From Candidatus Brevibacterium intestinigallinarum (lineage in GTDB: Bacteria > Actinomycetota > Actinomycetes > Actinomycetales > Brevibacteriaceae): a stretch of 44,131 bases of DNA. The position numbers and the translations under genes were made by a program. The stretch covers positions 1 to 44,131 of the forward strand of contig DWZY01000329.1 in NCBI GenBank assembly GCA_019117325.1, read 5' to 3'. Below the pieces are notes generated by a model that saw nothing but the letters and a program-made list of their open reading frames with translations, had not been told where the DNA came from and did not search any database. Positions 8,864 to 17,215 of the stretch are shown in pieces (positions within the stretch are counted from its first letter, which is position 1; every line of letters starts with the position of its first letter).

Positions 8864-10425
8864 CAGTCGGTCCGCCCCGGTGCCAGCTGCTGGACCCAGG
8901 CCTCGACCTCGGCGCGGGTGCGGGGGAAGCCCGCGGACAGGTTCTCGACCCCGTCGGGCGTCACGAGGACGTCGTCCTCGATCCGGACGCCGATCCCGCG
9001 GAACTCCGCGGGCACCAGCTGATCGGCGGCCTTGAAGTAGAGGCCCGGCTCGATCGTGAAGACCATGCCGGGCTCCAGCAGCCCGTCCAGGTACATGTCG
9101 CGGCGGGCCTGCGCGCAGTCGTGGACGTCGAGGCCCAGGTGGTGGCTGGTGCCGTGGACCATCCACCGGCGGTGCTGCTGGCCGGCGTCCGACAGGGACT
9201 CCTCGACGCTGACCGGCAGGAGACCGAAGTCGTGCAGGCGCCGGGCGATGACCTCCATCGCGGCGGCGTGCACGTCGCGGAAGCGGACGGGGCCGTCGAC
9301 GTGGGAGGCGGCCTTCGCGAACGCGGCGTCTGCGGCCTCGAGCACGGCGTCGTAGATGCGGGCCTGGACCGGGGTGAACGTCCCGTCGACCGGGAGGGTG
9401 CGGGTGATGTCCGCGGTGTAGAGCGAATCCGCCTCCGCCCCCGCGTCCAGGAGGACCAGATCGCCCGGCCGCACGGTGCCGTCGTTGCGGATCCAGTGCA
9501 GCGTGCACGCGTGGTCACCGGCGGCGGCGATCGTGTCGTACCCCACGCCGTAGCCGTCCAGGCGGGCGGCGGACTCGAAGCTCGTCTCGATGACGCGCTC
9601 GCCGCGGGGATGCCTGGTGGCCTCCTGCAGGGAGGCGACCGCGCGATCGAAACCGGCGCGCGTGATGTCGATGGCGCGGCGCAGCTGACCCACCTCGTGC
9701 TCGTCCTTGATGAGGCGCAGCTCGGAGAGGAACTCGGCCAGCTCGTCGTCGCCCACCTCGGCCGTCTCCTGGTCCGCACTCGCCTGGGCGCGGGCGGCGT
9801 CGATCGCCTGCTCGAGCGCCTGATCCGCGCCCCGGACCACGCGGACGGACACGGAGCCCAGGTCCTTCGTCACGGAGTCGAGCGCCGTCGAGGAGTCCGC
9901 GGTCCGGATCCCCGTGCGCACGGACATCGTCTCGAGGTCATCGCGCGGTCCCACCCAGTACTCCCCGTACCGGGCGTCGGAGAAGAACTCCTCCGTGTCC
10001 GCACCCGCACGGGGACGGAACCACAGGGTGACGGTGTGTCCGGCAGCGTCCGGGGACACGGCAGCGGTGCTGGCGGCGGCCTCGGCGGTGTCGTTCGGCT
10101 CGAAGACCAGCAGCGCGTCCGGCTCCGACTCCGTCTCCAGCCCCGTCAGGTGGATGAACGCGGAGTGCGCGCGGAAGCGGTAGTCCGTGTCGTTCGAGCG
10201 CACCTTGAGCGGCCCGGCGGGGACGACGATGCGCTCGCCGGGGAAGCGGCGGGAGACGGCGGCCCGGCGCTCGGGCGTCCAGGCGGCGGCCGGCAGCGGA
10301 GCGACGTCTGTGAGCGGCGTGCGGTCCCAGCCGGAGGCGACGAAGTCCCGGAACGCGTTCGACGAGGGCCGGTGGGAGCGGTTGTTGACGCGATCGGACA
10401 GGTCGTCGGAAGAAGAGGTGCTCAT
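8863..10425 (-). CDS. pepP: Xaa-Pro aminopeptidase (M24B)
   Basis: RSNDTDYRFR, CTLHW, LDAG, YTADITRT, HGTSHHLGLDVHD, TIEPGLY, GVRIEDD. Confidence 0.95.
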   Translation of the reverse strand: MSTSSSDDLSDRVNNRSHRPSSNAFRDFVASGWDRTPLTDVAPLPAAAWTPERRAAVSRRFPGERIVVPAGPLKVRSNDTDYRFRAHSAFIHLTGLETESEPDALLVFEPNDTAEAAASTAAVSPDAAGHTVTLWFRPRAGADTEEFFSDARYGEYWVGPRDDLETMSVRTGIRTADSSTALDSVTKDLGSVSVRVVRGADQALEQAIDAARAQASADQETAEVGDDELAEFLSELRLIKDEHEVGQLRRAIDITRAGFDRAVASLQEATRHPRGERVIETSFESAARLDGYGVGYDTIAAAGDHACTLHWIRNDGTVRPGDLVLLDAGAEADSLYTADITRTLPVDGTFTPVQARIYDAVLEAADAAFAKAASHVDGPVRFRDVHAAAMEVIARRLHDFGLLPVSVEESLSDAGQQHRRWMVHGTSHHLGLDVHDCAQARRDMYLDGLLEPGMVFTIEPGLYFKAADQLVPAEFRGIGVRIEDDVLVTPDGVENLSAGFPRTRAEVEAWVQQLAPGRTD

Positions 10426-10487
10426 GGCGCCATCCTAGCCAGGGGCACCACGGCTCCCCGGGCGGTGGCGGGCTCTACGATGGGGCC

Positions 10488-11339
10488 ATGCGCGCTGACC
10501 TGCACACCCACTCCCGCTACTCCGACGGCACCCAGTCGCCCGCGGAGCTCGTCGCCGAGGCCGCTGCCGTGGGCCTGGGCGTCCTGGCCCTTACGGACCA
10601 CGACACGACCCGCGGGTGGGCGGAGGCTGCCGAGGCCGCGCAGTCCGCCGGCGTGGGCCTGGTCCGCGGGATGGAGGTGTCCTGCCGCTGGGACGGCATC
10701 AGCGTCCACATCCTCTGCTACCTGCACGACCCGGAGGGTGCGGAGATCACGCACGCCGTCGAGCAGGCGCGCGACGACCGCATCATCCGCAGCCGGCTCA
10801 TGGTCGACCGGCTGTCCCAGGACTTCCCCGTCACGTGGGAGGACGTCGAGCGGGTCGCGGGCCCGGACGCCACGATCGGCCGTCCGCACATCGCGGACGC
10901 ACTCGTCGCCGTCGGTGTCGTCGCCGATCGGACGGAGGCATTCGGCCGGCTCCTGACCGGCGGCGGTCCCTATTACGTCGCGCTGCCGGTCATCTCACCG
11001 GTCGACGCGATCGGCATGATCCACGACGCCGGGGGAGCGGCAGTGTTCGCGCATCCGCTCGCCTCAGCGCGCGGCCGGGTCGTCCCCGAGGCCGGCATGC
11101 GCGCGATCATCGCCGCAGGACTGGACGGGCTCGAGGTCGATCACCGGGACAACCCGCCGGCGGGCCGGGCGCGTCTGCGCACCCTCGCCGCGGAGCGGGG
11201 ACTGCTGGTGACCGGTTCCAGCGACTACCACGGCACGGGCAAGCCCAACCAGCTGGGCGAGCACACGACGGAGCGCTCGCAGCTCCTGGCGCTCCTGGAC
11301 CGGACGAGCGGAACGGCGCCCCTCGGGATCACCCGATGA
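10488..11339 (+). CDS. PHP-domain phosphoesterase (TrpH/YciV-like)
   Basis: DLHTHSRYSDG, TDHD, GRPHIA, AHP, GSSDYHG. Confidence 0.92.
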   Translation: MRADLHTHSRYSDGTQSPAELVAEAAAVGLGVLALTDHDTTRGWAEAAEAAQSAGVGLVRGMEVSCRWDGISVHILCYLHDPEGAEITHAVEQARDDRIIRSRLMVDRLSQDFPVTWEDVERVAGPDATIGRPHIADALVAVGVVADRTEAFGRLLTGGGPYYVALPVISPVDAIGMIHDAGGAAVFAHPLASARGRVVPEAGMRAIIAAGLDGLEVDHRDNPPAGRARLRTLAAERGLLVTGSSDYHGTGKPNQLGEHTTERSQLLALLDRTSGTAPLGITR

Positions 11340-11365
11340 GCGCCGTTCCGTGTGTCTGCGCGGGC

Positions 11366-11411
11366 GACCCGGACTGACGTCACCGGGGTGACCCGGAGTG
11401 ATGTCTCCGGG
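11366..11411. repeat. Tandem pair of 22-bp palindromic units between convergent genes
   Basis: GACCCGGACTGACGTCACCGGG (11366-87) and GACCCGGAGTGATGTCTCCGGG (11390-411); 19/22 identical, and each can form a hairpin. Confidence 0.6.
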
Positions 11412-11440
11412 ACCCGGGATCGGTCAGGCGAGTTCGCCGA

Positions 11441-13021
11441 TCAGGCCGATTCGGCTGCGGCGGCGCCGGCGGGCGCACCCGTCGCCGGGGCCTCGGTCGT
11501 CTGCGTGCTGCGGCCGCTGCCGCCGCGACGACGGCGCCTGCGCCGCGGACGGCCCTCGCCGGAGCCGTCGCCGGAGGTCTGCGTGTCCGCTGCCTGCGTG
11601 CCATTGTCCGATGCCGAGGCCGTGGTCCCGTCCTGCGACTGGCCGCCCCGCGTGCGACGACGCGAGCGGCTGCGGTTGCCGGAGCGCTCGCGCGACGACT
11701 CGCTGCCGGAGGAGTCGCGGTCCGAGCGGCCGGACCGGTTGCGGCGCTCGGAGGCGCCGGTGTCCTCGGCCTCCTCGCCCGCGGCGGGACGGCGGCGCTT
11801 GAGTCGGCCCTTCGTGCCCTTCGGGATGCCCAGGTCCGCGTAGAGGTGCGGCGACGTGGAGTAGGTCTCCTGCGGCTCGCCCAGCTCCAGGTTCAGTGCA
11901 CGATCGATGAGGCTCCAGCGGGGGAGGTCATCCCAGTCGACCAGCGTGATCGCGGTGCCGGTGCGGCCCGCACGGCCCGTCCGGCCGATCCGGTGCACGT
12001 AGGTCTTCTCATCCTCCGGGCACTGGTAGTTGATGACGTGGGTGATGTCGTCGATGTCGATGCCGCGAGCCGCGACGTCCGTGGCGACGAGCACGTTCGT
12101 GCGGCCGTCGCGGAAGGACGCGAGCGCCTTCTCGCGCATCTGCTGGTTGAGGTCGCCGTGCAGGGCGCGCGCCTCGAAGCCGCGGTCGCGCAGCTCCTCG
12201 CCCAGGCGGTCGGCCGTGCGCTTGGTGCGGGCGAAGACGATCGTCTGGCCGCGGCCCTCGGCCTGCAGGATCCGCGCGACCATCTCGGACTTGTCCATCG
12301 CGTGCGCGCGGTAGACGAACTGGCGGGTCGACGCGTTCAGCTGCGACTCGTCCGAGGGATCGTGCGCGCGGATGTGCGTGGGCCGGGACATGTAGCGGCG
12401 GGCCAGGGCGATGACGGCACCCGGCATGGTCGCGGAGAACAGCATGGTCTGGCGCGAGGTGGGCAGTGCCGCGACGATGCGCTCGACGTCGGGCAGGAAG
12501 CCCAGGTCCAGCATCTCGTCCGCCTCGTCGAAGACGGCGGTGCGGACCGCGTTGAGGCGCAGGACGCGTCGTCCGTACAGGTCCAGCAGGCGACCGGGGG
12601 TGCCGACGACCACGTCGACACCGGCGGCCAGCGCATCGATCTGCGGCTCGAACGCCTTGCCGCCGTAGATGGTGATGATCGAGAGGCCGGGACGCTTCCG
12701 GCTGGCGGTGACGAGGTCCTCTGCGACCTGCTGCGCCAGCTCGCGGGTGGGAACGACGACCAGGGCCTGCGGGGCGCGGCCCTGTGCCTCGGGCGCATCC
12801 GGCTCACCGGGGGCGACGACCCGCTGCAGCAGCGGAATGCCGAAGCCCAGGGTCTTGCCGGTGCCGGTCTTGGCCTGCCCGATGATGTCCGCGCCGTTCA
12901 GCGCGACGGGCAGGGTCATGGCCTGGATGGGGAAGGGGGCGGTGATCCCCGCGTCGGACAGGGCTTCGACGATGGGGTCTGCGACGCCGAAATCGGCGAA
13001 GGTCTGCTGGGTGTCAGTCAC
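11441..13021 (-). CDS. DEAD-box RNA helicase with Arg/Ser-rich C-terminal tail
   Basis: Q motif FPIQ, AKTGTGKT, PTRELA, DEAD, SAT, HRIGRTGR. Confidence 0.96.
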   Translation of the reverse strand: MTDTQQTFADFGVADPIVEALSDAGITAPFPIQAMTLPVALNGADIIGQAKTGTGKTLGFGIPLLQRVVAPGEPDAPEAQGRAPQALVVVPTRELAQQVAEDLVTASRKRPGLSIITIYGGKAFEPQIDALAAGVDVVVGTPGRLLDLYGRRVLRLNAVRTAVFDEADEMLDLGFLPDVERIVAALPTSRQTMLFSATMPGAVIALARRYMSRPTHIRAHDPSDESQLNASTRQFVYRAHAMDKSEMVARILQAEGRGQTIVFARTKRTADRLGEELRDRGFEARALHGDLNQQMREKALASFRDGRTNVLVATDVAARGIDIDDITHVINYQCPEDEKTYVHRIGRTGRAGRTGTAITLVDWDDLPRWSLIDRALNLELGEPQETYSTSPHLYADLGIPKGTKGRLKRRRPAAGEEAEDTGASERRNRSGRSDRDSSGSESSRERSGNRSRSRRRTRGGQSQDGTTASASDNGTQAADTQTSGDGSGEGRPRRRRRRRGGSGRSTQTTEAPATGAPAGAAAAESA

Positions 13022-13285
13022 TGGTTCTCCTCACGGCGCTCCATGAAGAGCACCTCTGATACATGTGCGCCCCGGCGGGCCCGAGCATCAGTGGGGGATC
13101 GGGTCGCGCTCACGGGGCGGAAGAGCGGCGCGCACGGGCGCTGCTCGGGGCCGCGGTCGGACGCACACGAGCCGTTCCTGCATCTGCGCGATCAGGCGGG
13201 CCGATCGGACGGGAGGGCCGGACCCGGAACCCCGTCCGGGAGGTCAGAACCGTGCGGGCGCTGCCGCAGCCTCGTGTCGATGATA
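13022..13285 (-). promoter_or_regulatory. Promoter and long (about 250 nt) structured 5' leader of the DEAD helicase
   Basis: Minus strand TG-TG-TATCAT -10 at 13280-85; hairpin CGATCGG-CCCGC-CTGATCG at 13189-207; GAGGAG SD before the GTG. Confidence 0.5.
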
Positions 13286-13323
13286 CACGCAGTCCGCGAC
13301 AGCGCCCGATCCAGCGGCGGGTG

Positions 13324-13548
13324 TCAGGAGACGCCGAAGCCCACGCGGCGCACCGTCTCCTCGCCCACCTCGACGTACGCGAGGGCGTCGACGGGCACGA
13401 TGACCCGGCGGCCCTTCTCGTCGTCGAGCGTGAGCGCGCCGCCGTCGCCCAGCGCCTTCGTCACCGCGGCGGTGACGTCGTCGCGAGTCTGCTCGGACTC
13501 GAGCACGATCTCCCGGTTGGTCTGGCGCATGCCGATCTTGATCTCCAC
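13324..13548 (-). CDS. DUF3107 family protein
   Basis: MEIKIG...REI.LES...LDDEKGRRVIVP...YVEVG..RRVGF; AGGAG SD. Confidence 0.92.
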   Translation of the reverse strand: MEIKIGMRQTNREIVLESEQTRDDVTAAVTKALGDGGALTLDDEKGRRVIVPVDALAYVEVGEETVRRVGFGVS

Positions 13549-13644
13549 TGTGCACTCCTGAGCGAGTCGGTACGGGTCGGTCTCAGCCTAGTCCTGCGCG
13601 CCCCGGCCTGCGCACCGGTGATGCACAGGCGTGTGCTGTGACTG

Positions 13645-13666
13645 TGTCCGTGCCGCATGATCGAAT
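13645..13666 (+). promoter_or_regulatory. PafBC/RecA-NDp-type promoter of adnAB
   Basis: TGTCCG-TGCCGCATGA-TCGAAT; fits the TGTC(R)G-N10-TAnnnT spacing with a variant -10. Confidence 0.6.
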
Positions 13667-13717
13667 GTGGATGACGCGCGAATGCGGCAGCACAACGGGG
13701 ACGTGGAGGAGGACCGG

Positions 13718-16700
13718 ATGGTCGGTGCAGGCAGGGAGGACGCCGTCGACGACTCGACCGCGGATGGTGCGCTCGTCGATGCGGACGGCCAGCGCATCGA
13801 CCCGGTCGCAGGGTCCGTCGCGCGCCTGCTGGCGGGCGGGGGCGCCGCCTCCGTCGTCGCCGCGCCGGGCACGGGGCTCACCCGCGTGCTGGTGGAGGCG
13901 CACGAGCAGCTGCTGACCACTCACGGCCTCGCCCCCTCGGACGTCCTTGTCCTCACTCCCACGCGCGCCCACGCGGATCAGTTGCGCGACCGGCTCTCCG
14001 CCGGCACCAGCGCCGTGCGCGTGGGCGGTGCCGGCGCCCGCAGCGTCCAGTCGTTCGCGTTCGGGCTCGTCGCGGCGGACAGCGCCGTGCGGCTGGGCGA
14101 GCCTCTCCGGTTCCTGTCCGGGGCTGACCAGGACGCGGTGCTGGCGTCCCTGCTCGAGGGGTACGCGGAGGGCCGCGCTCCGGATCCCGGGTGGCCGGAG
14201 ACCTTCACACAGGAGATGACCGGGACCGTCTCCTTCCGCGACCAGCTGCGCGATGCCCTCGACCGCGTGCTGGAGCGAGGTGCAGAGCCGGTCGACATCG
14301 ATGCTGTGGCCACACGCGGGGCACGGCCGGAGTGGGCCGCGCTCGCCCGCGTCCTCCAGGACTATCGCGATGTCACGCGGTCGTTCGCGGGCTTCGGCGG
14401 GATCGACACCTCCGGCGTGCTCGACGCTGCTCGTGACCTGCTGGGGGACGAACTCGGTGCAGGCACCTCGGCGGGCGGTCCCTGGTCCTTCGCACCGGAT
14501 CCCGTGCCGCGATGCGTGCTCGTCGACGCGGCTCAGGACATCTCCGATGCCGCCCTGGGTCTCCTCGAGGGACTGCGGAGCCTGGGCTGCGGGATCGCCG
14601 TCTTCGGGTGCCCGGACTCCTCGACGCAGGGTTTCCGCGGGGCCGGCGGCGGCCTCGTCGCCCAGTGGGCGTCCTCCGTGCGCAGCACTCAGGACGGTGA
14701 GGGACTCTTCGCGCTGCCCGCGGCCCCCACTCAGGGTCGCGGCGCCGGGAGCGTGCGCGATCTGTGCCTGAGCCTCTCGCGGCGGATCTCCGCGCACCTC
14801 GAGCTGGGGCACATCCCGCGCGTGGATGAGGACAGCCGGCAGGTCGACGGGGAGCGCCAGCAGGTCGACGGGGCGCTCCAGTCGGACACTGCGTCGCCGG
14901 CACAGGAGCCCGGGTCGCGGGTGCGTGTGCTCACCCACCGGTCGACGGCGGACCGGTCGCGGCACGTCGCGTCGCTGGTGCGCGGATGGCACCACGATGA
15001 GGGAGTCGCCTTCTCCGACATCGCGGTCATCGCGCGCACCAGCGGGACGGCAGTGGCTCTCCGTGCGGAGCTGGGTGCTCTGGGCGTCCCGGTCGAATCG
15101 ACGGACCTGCCCCTGTCCGCCGATCCCGCCACGGTGCCTCTCCTCATGCTGCTGACCGCGGACCCGCGGGACCCGGTCAGTCGCTCGGCACTCCTGCGCG
15201 ACCTCCTCACCGGTGTCTACGGCGACGTCGACGCGCTCGCCCTGCGCGGCCTCGAGCGCCAGGCCCACCGCGTCCTCCCCCCGGAGGAGATTCGCGAACA
15301 GGGGACCAGCGCGGGTGAGGCCGGCGTCGACGAGGCCAGCGCCGATGAGACCCGTGCGGAACTGTCCACCGTGGAGGCAGCTGGCGAAGCGGGGACCAGC
15401 GCGAGTGAGACGGCCCATCCGGTCGCGGATCCGCTGCTCGCCTGGATCGACAGGGAGGGTGCGGACCGGCTGCCCGCACCGCTGGCACGCGCAGCCGCAC
15501 TGCTGGAGCACGGTGCCCGGCTGCGCGACGACAGTCCGCACCTCGCCCTGTGGACGCTGTGGGAGGCGACTGGCGTGGCGACCGCGTGGCGCGACGACGT
15601 CCTGCGCGATCCGCGCTCCCCGCTGCGCGAGCGCCTCGACGCGGTCGTGCGCCTCTTCGCCCTGGCGACGAAGACAGAGGACTCGCAGGGACTCAGCGCC
15701 TCCGCCTTCGCCCGGCGCGTGCTGGACCAGGTCTACGCACAGGACTCGCTGGGTGCGCGCGATGCGCTGCCACTCGTCACCGTGGACTCGCCGGCGGGCA
15801 CCGCGCACCGCGACTACGCGCGCGTCATCATCGTCGACGTGGACGAGGGCCGCTGGCCCAACCCCCGCATCCGCCGCAATGTGTTCCACCCCGACGAGCT
15901 CCTGACGGAGCTGCTGGACCCGCAGGCCGCCGCGGTGTCGGATGCCCCCGGCGAGGAGACCCGTCGCCTGCGCCAGCGCACGATCCGCGACGAGGCGAGC
16001 CTGTTCCTGTCGGCAGCCTCGCGTGCGCGGGATGAGTTGGTCGTCTGCGCGGTCGATGACGGCGATGCGAGCCCCAGCGCGCTGCATCACCTCTGCCGCG
16101 ACTTCGACGCGGAGCTGACTGCGGAGCCGGAGGCGGGAGAAGACCTGTCCGATCCCTCGCCGCTGGTGGACGGACCCGACCCGGACTTGCTGCCCGCCCG
16201 TCTGCGGGACGTCGTCGGACTCGCCCGGCAGAGGCTGCTCGAGGCCCCGGATCCCGGCGAATGGGCGCGGCTCGTGGCGGCGCTCGCCGGCCTCGGCGTC
16301 CGGGAAGCACGACCGCACACGTGGAGCACGTGGTTCGAGGTGTCATCGGACGCTCCTGTGCGCGATGCGGAGGAGACTGTGCGCATCCGTCCCTCACAGG
16401 TCGAGCGGTTCGCGACGTGCCCGCTGCAGTGGTTCCTCGTCGACAGCGGGGGAGCGCGGGGGGACACGTCTGCCGCATCGCTGGGCACCGCCATCCACGC
16501 GGTGGCGGAGCACCACCAGGAGCCGGACCGCGCGGCGATGATGGAGGAGTTCCTCACGACCTATGACCTGGAGCAGGAGGCGTCCGACTGGGAGCGGGAG
16601 GCGCTGGTCCGGGATGTCGAGCAGATGATCGACACGCTGTGCGACTACCTCGCCACCAGCCGCGACGAGCTCCGGGCACTGGCAGCAGACGGTCACGACG

Positions 16701-17215
16701 CGCGCGCACTCAAGGAGGTGAGCGTCCGCGCGTCCTCACCGCCGGACGCACCCGGTGGTCCCTGGACCATCACCGGCCGCGTCGACCGGCTGGAAGTGCT
16801 GGGTGGATCCGCACGAGTCGTCGACTTCAAGACCGGCAAGAGCGTCCCGTCGAAGGCGGAGATCGGCGACGATCCGCAGCTGCTCGTCTACCAGCTCGCG
16901 GTGACTGACGGTCAGGTGCTCACGGACGATCCGGAGGATCGCCTGCCGCCCCTGCAGTCCGCAGGTGCGCAGATCGTCAAGCTGCGCGGGGCGACGCGGC
17001 GGACGAAGGGCGTCCCGGGCTATCTCTACCAGCAGCCCGCGATGGAGGCGGGCGACGAGGCCCACCAGCAGGCCGCGGACCTCGTGGCCCGCACGGCGCA
17101 GGGCATGCGCCAGTCCGTCTTCACCGCCGTGACGGGTCCCCACTGCACCCACTGCCCCGTGCGCACCTCGTGCCCCGCGATCGCGGTGCTCGCACCGGAA
17201 GGAGCCGACCAGTGA
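13718..17215 (+). CDS. adnA: AdnA subunit of helicase-nuclease (degenerate SF1 motor + RecB-like PD-(D/E)XK nuclease with Fe-S cysteines)
   Basis: AAPGTGLT, LVDAAQD, GFRGA, GRVDRLE..VVDFKTG..QLLVY, CPLQW...HCTHCPVRTSC. The start is placed at ATG 13718 after a GGAGGAGG SD; the ORF track uses GTG 13667. Confidence 0.85.
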   Translation: MVGAGREDAVDDSTADGALVDADGQRIDPVAGSVARLLAGGGAASVVAAPGTGLTRVLVEAHEQLLTTHGLAPSDVLVLTPTRAHADQLRDRLSAGTSAVRVGGAGARSVQSFAFGLVAADSAVRLGEPLRFLSGADQDAVLASLLEGYAEGRAPDPGWPETFTQEMTGTVSFRDQLRDALDRVLERGAEPVDIDAVATRGARPEWAALARVLQDYRDVTRSFAGFGGIDTSGVLDAARDLLGDELGAGTSAGGPWSFAPDPVPRCVLVDAAQDISDAALGLLEGLRSLGCGIAVFGCPDSSTQGFRGAGGGLVAQWASSVRSTQDGEGLFALPAAPTQGRGAGSVRDLCLSLSRRISAHLELGHIPRVDEDSRQVDGERQQVDGALQSDTASPAQEPGSRVRVLTHRSTADRSRHVASLVRGWHHDEGVAFSDIAVIARTSGTAVALRAELGALGVPVESTDLPLSADPATVPLLMLLTADPRDPVSRSALLRDLLTGVYGDVDALALRGLERQAHRVLPPEEIREQGTSAGEAGVDEASADETRAELSTVEAAGEAGTSASETAHPVADPLLAWIDREGADRLPAPLARAAALLEHGARLRDDSPHLALWTLWEATGVATAWRDDVLRDPRSPLRERLDAVVRLFALATKTEDSQGLSASAFARRVLDQVYAQDSLGARDALPLVTVDSPAGTAHRDYARVIIVDVDEGRWPNPRIRRNVFHPDELLTELLDPQAAAVSDAPGEETRRLRQRTIRDEASLFLSAASRARDELVVCAVDDGDASPSALHHLCRDFDAELTAEPEAGEDLSDPSPLVDGPDPDLLPARLRDVVGLARQRLLEAPDPGEWARLVAALAGLGVREARPHTWSTWFEVSSDAPVRDAEETVRIRPSQVERFATCPLQWFLVDSGGARGDTSAASLGTAIHAVAEHHQEPDRAAMMEEFLTTYDLEQEASDWEREALVRDVEQMIDTLCDYLATSRDELRALAADGHDARALKEVSVRASSPPDAPGGPWTITGRVDRLEVLGGSARVVDFKTGKSVPSKAEIGDDPQLLVYQLAVTDGQVLTDDPEDRLPPLQSAGAQIVKLRGATRRTKGVPGYLYQQPAMEAGDEAHQQAADLVARTAQGMRQSVFTAVTGPHCTHCPVRTSCPAIAVLAPEGADQ

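Noticed and set aside
11366-11418. Mini CRISPR array
   Set aside because: The units are adjacent with only 2 nt between them, so there are no spacers, and there are no cas genes.
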